Shown here piece by piece: positions 50,134-58,833 of a DNA stretch of 61,302 bases. This stretch comes from Planctomycetales bacterium (lineage in GTDB: Bacteria; Planctomycetota; Planctomycetia; Pirellulales; Pirellulaceae). The stretch spans positions 1 to 61,302 of the forward strand of contig JAGQPS010000002.1 in the NCBI GenBank assembly GCA_020426595.1, in the 5' to 3' direction. Position 1 is the stretch's first letter, and each line of letters begins with the position of its first letter. A model generated the notes under the pieces. That model was given only the letters and a program-made list of their open reading frames with translations. It was not told where the DNA came from and did not search any database. A program made the position numbers and the translations under genes.

Positions 50134-52086
50134 GTGAGCGCGCGTCGATTTGAATGCAATACGGATTCCCTCAAGTCAATCGAGTGTTGGAACAGAGCTT
50201 CCCACACACGTCACTTGTCGACCTTGCTCGTTTTACTATCCCAGGTGGTGTCTCTCGTGGCGTTGCCCTCGCCGATGTTGTCCCTGCGTCAGTGCTTCCA
50301 GCTTCAACTGGCCGGTCCATGCCAGTTCGAGCCGTGGGATACCCGGCTTGAACTGCTCGAGTATCGAGCGGGCCAGGTGCTATTCGAGCCAGACGAAGAA
50401 GGCTCGGCCGCGTTTCTACTCGTCGCGGGGCGGCTCAGACTATACGGCCGCAACTCAACGATGGGACAGGTTGCTCCCGGGACATTGGTCGGTGGCCATA
50501 GCCGGGCCGAACAATGGAATCGGCAGTTGGGATGCCGGGCATCCGAGCACTCCTGGGTCTACCGGTGGCCTCGTGTTGATTTCGATGATTTCCTACGGGC
50601 TCACCCGCGCTTGGTTCCGGTTTTCGATAAGACGTTGGCGGAGGCCGCGTTCCTTGAGCTGTCAAAGCTCTCCCGCCTCTTGGCGACCGTTCCATCCCAA
50701 CTGCTCATGCCGCTGGTCGATCAGTTGGTTTGGCACGAATTCGATGAACAAGAGATCGAGCTGGACGCGGAGCTCGTGCAGGATGTCTTCGCCGTCGTGC
50801 AGGGCTCGATCGAATTAACAAGCGTCAATGCCTCCGACGGACGCCCCGTATGCGCCTTCGGCCCTGGCGAATTGTTCACATTGCAGGAGTGGCCGCCTGG
50901 CGAAAGACTAAATGTCGCGACGAGCGGCGACGCCATTTGTTATCGTCTCCCGTCGGACGTCCTGGCCCAGTATCGATCCGAATTACCCCTGCTTGAACCG
51001 GCGATTCGGCGTACGTTTCGTCCACCGTCGGAGGTCGCCGATAAACCAGACATGGATCGGTATTCGTTGGTTTTGCGATCCGAAGACGACGGCACACCGA
51101 CGAATTTCAGCGGCGATCCACGAGCCACTCATGAGCAGGACGACAAACTCAAGCTCCGCCCGCTTCTTGAGTTGCTACGGATGGAAGCCCTCGCCAGTTG
51201 CCTACCGCCGCGCCGAATCCTCGGTCTAATCGATTCGGCGCGCGAGCGGCTGTTTGTCGATGGTTCATTGCTCCATGTAACGGGCCATTCGCTCGGAGTC
51301 GAGCAAGAGTGGATTTGTTTGTTGGTCGAGGGAAGTGTCGATGTCGTCGCGGTATCGCCGGTCGAGCGACGCATGGTCGCCAAATTGCTGCCTGGAGAAT
51401 TCTTCCTAATTGAACAACAGGAGTCTCACAAAGTGGGCTCCCTGCCAAAGCACTACGTGGCCAATGGACATGTGCGTTGTCTGATCTTTCCATTGACGGA
51501 CGTATTGCGAGGCTCGTCCACGCCCGAGCAAGCAGCGACGATTCTCGCTCGGCTCTCGGATCGAGAAATCGCGTTCTTAAAACGACGAACCTTGGCGGCG
51601 TCCCAAGGTAACCCGATCCGCCACGCGTCTCGATCTCGAGAGCGATCGATCATTGATCAGCAATATCCATGGATCGGACAAGCCCAGGAATCCGAATGCG
51701 GACTGATCGCACTGGCGACGGTCGCGAGATTTCACCAGTTGCCGGTCAACATCGACGAATTGCGCGGCCGAATTCAGCTGATGCCGCTGGGCCTCAGCCT
51801 TCTAGAAATGCAGCGGATCGCCGAGTCAATCGGTCTGGATGCCGAAGTCCTCCACGCCAACGAGCAAACGCTTGAGACGATAGAACTGCCGGCGGTCTTG
51901 CATTGGAAAGACTCGCATTACGTCGTGCTTTACCGAATTGGAAATGGAACGGTGCTTTACGCCGATCCGGAGATTGGTTTGATCAAGACAACGGTACGTC
52001 ACCTGTTGTCGTCCTGGAATGGACGGCTACTGGCCGTTTCGCCGCGAACTTCGTATCGATCCGACGCGGAATTCAATCCGGTCTAG
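50134..52086 (+). CDS. cNMP-binding-like domains (up to three, degenerate) fused to a C-terminal peptidase C39 domain, with no ABC transporter part
   Basis: The C-terminus QQYPWIGQAQESECGLIALATVARFHQLPV...LPAVLHWKDSHYVVLYRIGNGTVLYADPEIG shows the C39 Cys, His and Asp pattern. The upstream segments resemble CAP/cNMP beta-barrels (EYRAGQVLFEPDEEGSAAFLLVAGRLRLY and VFAVVQGSIELT...FGPGELF and WICLLVEGSVDVV...LLPGEFF). The start may instead be the ATG at 50275. Confidence 0.85.
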   Translation: MSARRFECNTDSLKSIECWNRASHTRHLSTLLVLLSQVVSLVALPSPMLSLRQCFQLQLAGPCQFEPWDTRLELLEYRAGQVLFEPDEEGSAAFLLVAGRLRLYGRNSTMGQVAPGTLVGGHSRAEQWNRQLGCRASEHSWVYRWPRVDFDDFLRAHPRLVPVFDKTLAEAAFLELSKLSRLLATVPSQLLMPLVDQLVWHEFDEQEIELDAELVQDVFAVVQGSIELTSVNASDGRPVCAFGPGELFTLQEWPPGERLNVATSGDAICYRLPSDVLAQYRSELPLLEPAIRRTFRPPSEVADKPDMDRYSLVLRSEDDGTPTNFSGDPRATHEQDDKLKLRPLLELLRMEALASCLPPRRILGLIDSARERLFVDGSLLHVTGHSLGVEQEWICLLVEGSVDVVAVSPVERRMVAKLLPGEFFLIEQQESHKVGSLPKHYVANGHVRCLIFPLTDVLRGSSTPEQAATILARLSDREIAFLKRRTLAASQGNPIRHASRSRERSIIDQQYPWIGQAQESECGLIALATVARFHQLPVNIDELRGRIQLMPLGLSLLEMQRIAESIGLDAEVLHANEQTLETIELPAVLHWKDSHYVVLYRIGNGTVLYADPEIGLIKTTVRHLLSSWNGRLLAVSPRTSYRSDAEFNPV

Positions 52087-52128
52087 AATGATTGATCCGT
52101 GTCCCATCACATTCCCAAGGTGTTTTCC

Positions 52129-52908
52129 ATGTCCGAGGTTCATGCATCCACGGTATTAGGGACAGTCAACGGCTCGCCCGTGAAATGGACCACGTTCCTC
52201 AGCGCGCTGAAGTGCGAGGGAGCCTGGAGTGCCAGCGTGGCGGCCTTGCTTCGATACGTTTTCATCGCCGAGCTCGCTTCTCGCCATCAAATAGCGATCG
52301 CCGACTCGGAGTTGCAGGCGGCGGCGGACCAATTTCGGGCGCGACGAGGCTTGCACAAGGCAAGCGATACCTATCAGTGGATCGCGCAAGAGTTGATCGA
52401 GGAGGATGAATTTGCTCGCCTTGTCGAGCATGAGTTGATCGTCGACAAGTTGAAGCGAGTCTTCTCGGACGAGGCGGTCCAGAACAAGTTCACCGCGGAA
52501 CGGAACCGTTTTGATCGGGCAAGACTGGCGCAAATCGTGGTCGACTCGAAGGGCCTGGCGGACGAGCTGCTAACTCGATTGGTCGAGGATGGCGACGACT
52601 TCTCAACGCTCGCCCGCCAACATTCGTTGGATCAGGACTCGAAGGACAACGGCGGATTTCTCGGCATCTTGAACCGAACCGATATGTCTTCGGAAGTCGC
52701 CGACACCGTATTCGCCAGTCAACCAGGAAACACGCTCGGCCCCTTTCGCATCGCCGGCGCCTACCACCTCGTGAAGACTCTCGAGCTACTCCCGGCGAGT
52801 CTCGATGAGGCGACTAGTGAGTTACTCCGCAATGAGATGCTCGACGAGGCGATCACACTGGCGATCGCGGCCGCGGATATCGAATTGAGGTTTGATATCG
52901 AGGACTAA
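52129..52908 (+). CDS. PpiC/parvulin-type peptidyl-prolyl cis-trans isomerase (SurA/PrsA-like)
   Basis: An N-terminal chaperone-like helical part is followed by ARLAQIVVDSKGLADELLTRLVEDGDDFSTLARQHSLDQDSKDNGGFLGIL...GNTLGPFRIAGAYHLVK. The ORF is open from the GTG at 52099. Confidence 0.85.
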   Translation: MSEVHASTVLGTVNGSPVKWTTFLSALKCEGAWSASVAALLRYVFIAELASRHQIAIADSELQAAADQFRARRGLHKASDTYQWIAQELIEEDEFARLVEHELIVDKLKRVFSDEAVQNKFTAERNRFDRARLAQIVVDSKGLADELLTRLVEDGDDFSTLARQHSLDQDSKDNGGFLGILNRTDMSSEVADTVFASQPGNTLGPFRIAGAYHLVKTLELLPASLDEATSELLRNEMLDEAITLAIAAADIELRFDIED

Positions 52909-53007
52909 TCGTGGCTCGCTGGGGCGAGCAAGGTGTTGCATGGATTAGAGCGAGGTACGGGAATTCCGCTCCGGCCATCGCGTCACGCGGGGAGGTCGAT
53001 ACCTTTC

Positions 53008-54912
53008 ATGTTGGACCGTGTCATCAACCCCTACCGCATTCAGCGATGGTGGCGGCTCGCCGATCGCGCGATTCGACTCTCCGATTCATGGCAACGGCTC
53101 TCCTTGGATGATCTTGCGGTTCAAGCGAGGCAACTGTCGGGACGGATTCGGTCCGGGAGTCCGGTTCGAGAACATCGGGTGGAGTTAGGGGCCGTCGTGC
53201 GGGAGGCGGCTCGTCGTTTGCTCGGTACTCCGCACTACCATGTGCAGCTCGTGGGCGGATTTGCCATTCTCGAAGGCAACATCGCAGAGATGCAGACCGG
53301 CGAGGGTAAGACGCTGACGGCGATCCTGCCCGCGTTCGCGCGTGCGTCGGCGGCCCATGGATGTCACGTGCTGACCTCGAACGATTATCTTGCCGAAAGA
53401 GACGCGGCTAAGCTCCGTCCCGTGTACGAACTGTTGGGGCAGTCCGTCGGCTGCGTCATCGCGGAGATGGAGCCGGAGCAACGCCGAGCCGCGTATCGAT
53501 GCGATGTGACGTATAGCACCGCCAAGGAAGTTGGGTTCGATTTTCTACGCGACCGAATTGCACGGGGCGTGAGCACGACGGCTCATGAGATCCCTCGAGT
53601 AACCCTGATGCGTTCCGATCAAGAGCCGCTTCAGCGAGGACACTACTTCGCCTTGGTTGACGAAGCGGACGCCATTCTGATTGACGAGGCCACCACGCCG
53701 CTCATCATTTCGGCCCCCGAGTCTCCGGATCCGCCGACCGTCTCGTTGTACCGGTGGGCCAGCCGGTTCTGTCAAACTCTCGATCCAACGGCCGACTTTG
53801 ACTTTGATGCGAAACGCCGACAAGTGAGACTCGGAGAGTCGGGCTGCCGCCTCGCACTTCTCGCACCCAAGCCGGCGATCCTGAATCGAATCGAAACCGA
53901 ACGCATCTACACCCAGGTCGAAAACGCCCTCTGCGCGCGGCTTGCTTACCTTCGCGACAAGGAATACGTCGTCGTGGATGGAAAAGTGGTCATTGTCGAT
54001 GAGTCCACGGGCCGAATCATGGACGGTCGAAAATGGCAAGACGGTATTCACCAGGCGATCGAGGCGAAGGAACATCTTCCGATCAGCGGAAGCACCGGTA
54101 GCGCCGCGCAAATCGCGTCCCAGGCGTACTTCAAGCTATACACGCATCTTGGCGGAATGACGGGGACGGCCGCGTCGGCGCGACGCGAACTCAAGAAGAC
54201 GTATGAGCTGCGCGTCGCGTCTGTCCCACCTCATCGCCGGAATCAGCGAAGAGGATTTCGTCCTCGCGTTTTTGTCACTGCCAATGCCAAGTGGCGCGCG
54301 ATCGCTCAAGAAGTTCAGGCTTACGTACGGGGAGGGCGTCCCGTCCTCGTAGGTACGCCCTCGGTGGAATCCTCCGAATGCCTGGGCGCCGTGCTTGCGG
54401 AACTGGGAATTACCGCCTCGATCTTGAATGCCAAGTTTCATCGTCAGGAAGCCGAGATCATCGCTCGCGCCGGACAGCCTGGATCGGTGACGATCGCCAC
54501 GAACATGGCCGGACGAGGCACGGACATCTTGCTTGAAGGACAAGTCAAGTCGGCGGGTGGACTGCACGTCATCGCGACCGAGATTCACAGCTCTCCTCGG
54601 ATCGATCGGCAACTCGTTGGACGAGCGGGACGCCAAGGTGACCCAGGGTCGTTTCGGTTTTTCATGTCGCTTGACGACGAACTGCTTCGAGTGCTACCCC
54701 AGTCTCGCCGTAAGTTGCTGCAACGCTGGGCCGCGTGGATGGCTATCCGAGGCGAATTACCCAGCAGCTTCGCGAGACTCTTCCGGGCCACGCAGTCTGG
54801 CCTGGAGCGGCGTGGTCGTAGCCAACGAGGTCGAATGCTGAAGTTCGAGCAGCAAAGAAAGGAACGCTACGACCTTCTTTGTCTTGATCCCTACCTCGAG
54901 TACGTGTCGTAA
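53008..54912 (+). CDS. SecA-like ATPase with NBD1, PPXD and NBD2, truncated at the start of the helical scaffold domain
   Basis: SecA-type N-terminus MLDRVINPYRIQRWW...LSLDDLAVQARQL, Walker A MQTGEGKTL and Walker B LVDEADAILIDEATTPLIIS. The PPXD core is VIVDESTGRIMDGRKWQDGIHQAIEAKE. NBD2 motifs are GRPVLVGTPSVESSE, LNAKFHRQEAEIIARAGQPGSVTIATNMAGRGTDI and RIDRQLVGRAGRQGDPGSFRFFMSLDDELL. Only ~70 aa follow, giving ~634 aa in total. Confidence 0.85.
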   Translation: MLDRVINPYRIQRWWRLADRAIRLSDSWQRLSLDDLAVQARQLSGRIRSGSPVREHRVELGAVVREAARRLLGTPHYHVQLVGGFAILEGNIAEMQTGEGKTLTAILPAFARASAAHGCHVLTSNDYLAERDAAKLRPVYELLGQSVGCVIAEMEPEQRRAAYRCDVTYSTAKEVGFDFLRDRIARGVSTTAHEIPRVTLMRSDQEPLQRGHYFALVDEADAILIDEATTPLIISAPESPDPPTVSLYRWASRFCQTLDPTADFDFDAKRRQVRLGESGCRLALLAPKPAILNRIETERIYTQVENALCARLAYLRDKEYVVVDGKVVIVDESTGRIMDGRKWQDGIHQAIEAKEHLPISGSTGSAAQIASQAYFKLYTHLGGMTGTAASARRELKKTYELRVASVPPHRRNQRRGFRPRVFVTANAKWRAIAQEVQAYVRGGRPVLVGTPSVESSECLGAVLAELGITASILNAKFHRQEAEIIARAGQPGSVTIATNMAGRGTDILLEGQVKSAGGLHVIATEIHSSPRIDRQLVGRAGRQGDPGSFRFFMSLDDELLRVLPQSRRKLLQRWAAWMAIRGELPSSFARLFRATQSGLERRGRSQRGRMLKFEQQRKERYDLLCLDPYLEYVS

Positions 54913-55044
54913 GCGCCCCGTGGTCAAAACGCACCGCATGCCGAATAAGTACCGCCGTGGAGATCCGTTTATCTCGTCGCGTCGAGGCGAGGGCCTTGAT
55001 ATCACCTGCGGCGGTGGGTACGCGGTCGCCCCCATTCACCGAGA

Positions 55045-55680
55045 TCAGTGATTCACTGGCTGGGATGATCGTCGGCTGGAAACAGGTAACCACTCGCTGG
55101 GGTGAGGGACTGGCGTGAGCACACTTTGGCGAATGGGAGGCACGCAATTGCCCGGTCGTTCCATTCCCAATTGGTAATGGAGCCGTGTCGGCGGATCCTG
55201 CAGCATGCGATAGGGTAGCAAGAGCGTATCCGCCACGAATCGGCCACCGCTAACGAAGGGCTGCACCAAGGGACGCCGTGTTAGACCGTATCGCTCTAGA
55301 GCGACATCCTCGCAGTAATTCGTATTCTGTATTACCGCTGGAGCCTCCCACGTGGTGACGGCTCCAACACCGCGACTAGAAGATGTCGGGGTGGGATGCG
55401 ACTCTCGACCAATCATGCCCGCATTTTCAAGGTGAGCCGGGAGTTCAGGTGCGATGCGAAAGTCTATTTCGCTAAGTGGTTTCTCGTCTTGAAAGCCACG
55501 AGCGCGGTCCACCGTTGCTCCGGAAGTCCGCAAGGATCTGATGACGAGCGGTTCCTGGGCGGATGAAACTTGGAGGGACGAAACTTGGGCGAGCAGACAC
55601 AGTATCATTCCCAGTTTGCTCAATCGGCCCGCCACCTGAATCAAATCCCGCTTGATCACTCGACTGGTGGTCGCATTCAT
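55045..55680 (-). CDS. Hypothetical secreted protein
   Basis: Signal peptide-like LGMILCLLAQVSSLQVSSAQEP. The conserved-looking core is NTNYCEDVALERYGLTRRPLVQPFVSGGRFVADTLLLPYRML. Confidence 0.55.
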   Translation of the reverse strand: MNATTSRVIKRDLIQVAGRLSKLGMILCLLAQVSSLQVSSAQEPLVIRSLRTSGATVDRARGFQDEKPLSEIDFRIAPELPAHLENAGMIGRESHPTPTSSSRGVGAVTTWEAPAVIQNTNYCEDVALERYGLTRRPLVQPFVSGGRFVADTLLLPYRMLQDPPTRLHYQLGMERPGNCVPPIRQSVLTPVPHPSEWLPVSSRRSSQPVNH

Positions 55681-55864
55681 GATTACCTACCCCAAGCATG
55701 CGAAGGCCGTGGCGAAGCCAGACGAGTTCGGTATCGGACCGAGTTGCTCTTGAGGCTGAGTGATTCTTGAGTAGCTGGCTCCCACCGCCGCTAGCTCTTT
55801 CGGCATTGGTTCCTGGCGTTGGCGGCTCTGCCATCCAACCTCGGCAGGGTACCGAGATCTGCCG

Positions 55865-57928
55865 TTGACGCGATTTATTGCCGCGTCTACAAGCCCAGCG
55901 GAGACTTTGTCGCGGTTAGGGAGAATCTCAAATCGGGGCTGGTGCGTGGCAGGTATTCGGACATTTCTCGTTTTAGTCACTTCGACGATTGCCTTGGCTG
56001 GCTGCAACCTCTGGCGAACCGGGACCGAACATTCGGGGCCGATTCGAGAGCTGGAGTGGGCTCAATCGCTGGCGATTGAATATCCCGATGCCTTGACCGA
56101 AGCGGCGGACGAGCAAGAACTTCCCTCGAGGCCGCGTAGTGTTGCTGGCGAGACGCCCGACACGTTTCACGACATCACCTTATCCGCGGCCATTGAATTC
56201 GCGCTTCAAAACAGCGAGGTCTTGCGAGATCTGGGTGGCCGAATATTGGTCAGTCCAGACTCGGCGGTCACGCGACTGGATCCTGCCATTCGTGAGAGCG
56301 ATCCGCTGTTTGGAGTCGAGGGAGCCCTCAGTCAGTTCGATGCTCAATTCACAAGTAGCCTCTTCAGCAGCTACAACGACCGGGGACTAAACAATGTGCT
56401 TACGAGCGGAGGAGCTCGTGAACTGGCGCAGGACACGCTGGAATTCCAAACGGAAATCAGCAAGCTCGCGGCCACCGGCACTCGTTTCAGCCTTCGCAAC
56501 GTTACCGGACATGACCGCAGCAACCAGAGCGGCAATCTCTTTCCGGCCGCATGGGACGTGCAATACGAGGCGACCGCGCGGCAACCGTTGTTGCAGGGTG
56601 CGGGAGTTACGTTCAATCGGATCGCTGGACCATCCGCTCGACCTGGTTTCAATTTCTCGAATGGCGTTCTGATCGCGCGTATTAACACCGACGTTTCGCT
56701 CGCGGATTTCGAGGCCAGTTTGCTGAGCTTCCTGAGCGACATCGAGGAAGCGTATTGGGACCTCTACTTCGCCTACCGCGACCTAGACGCCAAGATTGCG
56801 GCGCGCGACAGCGCGCTGGAAACATGGCGGCGAGTAAAGGCGGCCGCTGAGGCAAGTTTGGAGGGGGGCGAGGCATATCAAGAGGCGCAGGCTCGGGCCC
56901 AATATCTGCAATTCCAACAGGCGGTTCACGATGCGCTCAACGGAACGCGTGAAGCTGGATCGGCCAACGGGGTTTACCTCACCGAGCGTCGACTTCGCCG
57001 CATGCTAGGCATGGTGGCGACCGACGATGTCCTGTTACGTCCCTCGGAGGAGCCCACTCGGGCGGAAGTGCGAGTCGATTGGTTTAGCAGCCTAAACCAA
57101 GCACTTGCTCAAAGAAATGAACTGCGACGCTCGGCATGGAATATCGAGAAAAGCCAATTGGAGTTGCTCGCCGCCAAGAACTTTACCTTGCCACGTCTTG
57201 ACGCGATCGGCACCTATCGCTGGCGGGGATTTGGCCAAGAACTCTCCGGCCCAGGATCGACTCGATTCGCGAGTGCTTATGACGATTTGGCCAGTGGCGA
57301 TCACCAAGAGTGGCAGCTTGGCATGGAGCTTAGCATGCCGTTTGGCCAACGACAGGCATGGGCCGGAGTACGCAATGCCGAGCTCAAACTGTCACGAGCA
57401 CGAGCCATTCACCGAGAGCTCGAGCACCAAGTGGCTCACGACCTGAGCGACGCGGTCGCCGAAGTCGAACGGGCTCACCTGGCTCTCGTCGTTCAAGGCG
57501 ATCAGCTACGGGCGGCCCGCGAACGTCGAGATGCAACGACCGCGGCATACCAGACTGATAAGGTGCGGCTCGACCTCCTGCTCGATGCCCAGAGGTCGCT
57601 CGCGGACGTCGAATCGACTTATTACCGCTCGCTCGCCGGCTATGCCAAAGCCCTCAAGGACTTCCACGTCTCACAGGGGACGCTCTTAACTTACAACCAA
57701 GTTTTTCTAGAGGAGGGCCCGTCGCCGATCAAAGCCTACTCCGACGCGGCGAGGTTCCGGGAGAAGTGGCCGTTGGTTCCGCCCGATCAACGAATCATCG
57801 AGCCAATGCCGATTTCACGAGGTGCGTTAGTCGAGGAGATTACTTTCGTGGAAACCGCATCAGCCGCGAACAACCCAACCCTCGAGGAAGCGAACGGACT
57901 CCCTTCGCACGGCGAGGCGAACGATTAG
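55865..57928 (+). CDS. TolC-family outer membrane efflux protein (probable lipoprotein)
   Basis: Lipobox TSTIALAGC. Two OEP-type repeats have the typical pattern (LSAAIEFALQNSEVL...; LNQALAQRNELRRSAWNIEKSQLELLAAK...). The TTG start at 55865 is uncertain. Confidence 0.85.
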   Translation: MTRFIAASTSPAETLSRLGRISNRGWCVAGIRTFLVLVTSTIALAGCNLWRTGTEHSGPIRELEWAQSLAIEYPDALTEAADEQELPSRPRSVAGETPDTFHDITLSAAIEFALQNSEVLRDLGGRILVSPDSAVTRLDPAIRESDPLFGVEGALSQFDAQFTSSLFSSYNDRGLNNVLTSGGARELAQDTLEFQTEISKLAATGTRFSLRNVTGHDRSNQSGNLFPAAWDVQYEATARQPLLQGAGVTFNRIAGPSARPGFNFSNGVLIARINTDVSLADFEASLLSFLSDIEEAYWDLYFAYRDLDAKIAARDSALETWRRVKAAAEASLEGGEAYQEAQARAQYLQFQQAVHDALNGTREAGSANGVYLTERRLRRMLGMVATDDVLLRPSEEPTRAEVRVDWFSSLNQALAQRNELRRSAWNIEKSQLELLAAKNFTLPRLDAIGTYRWRGFGQELSGPGSTRFASAYDDLASGDHQEWQLGMELSMPFGQRQAWAGVRNAELKLSRARAIHRELEHQVAHDLSDAVAEVERAHLALVVQGDQLRAARERRDATTAAYQTDKVRLDLLLDAQRSLADVESTYYRSLAGYAKALKDFHVSQGTLLTYNQVFLEEGPSPIKAYSDAARFREKWPLVPPDQRIIEPMPISRGALVEEITFVETASAANNPTLEEANGLPSHGEAND

Positions 57929-58833
57929 CGAGATTCGGGGATGGCATCGAAATGAAGTGTTCCAACTTCTCCCGGCTTCACCCGCAGCTCTCGGTTGTCT
58001 AGTTCGGCCCATACTCGCACGAGGTTCCGAACTGGCTGTACCTCGGGATCGATGAAGACGATTTTCCCCGTCAACTCGATTGGCTCGTTCCGAGCGTCAC
58101 TGGGGCGAAATACGACCTGTTGTTGCGGAGTTAGCGACCGGGCGAATGCCGCGTTCACATAAATCTCCGCCCTGACGACATCCAAGCGTATGAGACGCAC
58201 GACGGGGTCGCCCGGATTAACCCACTCGGCATTCTCGTGATGCCGTTTGACGACGATGCCGGTGAACGGCGCCGTTATTCGACGTCGAGCCACGCGTACC
58301 TGGGCAAGATTGGCCTCGCGCTCCTTGAGTTGAGCGGTGAGTTCCGCCTCGTCATGATCGCGTTGAGCCTGCTCCAGCGACAAGCGGGATTTCTCCAACT
58401 CGAGCTGAAGCTTCTCCAGTTCCGTGCGGGACACCGTGTTGGTGAACAGCTCGTTCGCATAATGGGACATCCGAAGCTGGGAATCGTTGACTTCAATGGT
58501 CTTTTGGGCCAGTCGCTGATCCACGTCGCTCGATGCCTTGATAATTGCAATTTGGTGGCCCAGCAACGCCACCTCGAGTTCGGCGTCGGCTAAATCGCTA
58601 TCGAGCCGGGCAATCAAATCTCCCTTTTGTATCGTCTCTCCTGGCTCGAATTTAATCTCCTCGATCACGCCCGCTTCGCGCGCCGGAACATCGATATCGG
58701 CGACCGGAAACAACTGAGCCTGATAGGAAGTTTCTCCCTCTTGAGCGCGAGCCGTCACCGCTTGCCCTACGGCCCAGACGTAACACCACATCGTTCCCAT
58801 CGCGATAACCGCGTATTGTGTTCCACGAGACAT
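57925..58833 (-). CDS. HlyD-family periplasmic adaptor
   Basis: One TM helix (YAVIAMGTMWCYVWAVGQAV), a lipoyl-like hairpin (AREAGVIEEIKFEPGETIQKGDLIARLD), a coiled coil, then APFTGIVVKRHHENAEWVNPGDPVVRL. Its stop overlaps the TolC stop by 4 bp (convergent). The ORF is open to 58923. Confidence 0.85.
   Translation of the reverse strand: MSRGTQYAVIAMGTMWCYVWAVGQAVTARAQEGETSYQAQLFPVADIDVPAREAGVIEEIKFEPGETIQKGDLIARLDSDLADAELEVALLGHQIAIIKASSDVDQRLAQKTIEVNDSQLRMSHYANELFTNTVSRTELEKLQLELEKSRLSLEQAQRDHDEAELTAQLKEREANLAQVRVARRRITAPFTGIVVKRHHENAEWVNPGDPVVRLIRLDVVRAEIYVNAAFARSLTPQQQVVFRPSDARNEPIELTGKIVFIDPEVQPVRNLVRVWAELDNRELRVKPGEVGTLHFDAIPESR

Noticed and set aside
53008-54912. Annotating the SecA-like ORF as the housekeeping secA
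   Set aside because: It ends right after NBD2 and lacks the HSD, HWD and C-terminal regions needed for SecYEG coupling. Its operon context (C39, PPIase) also argues for a specialised paralogue.
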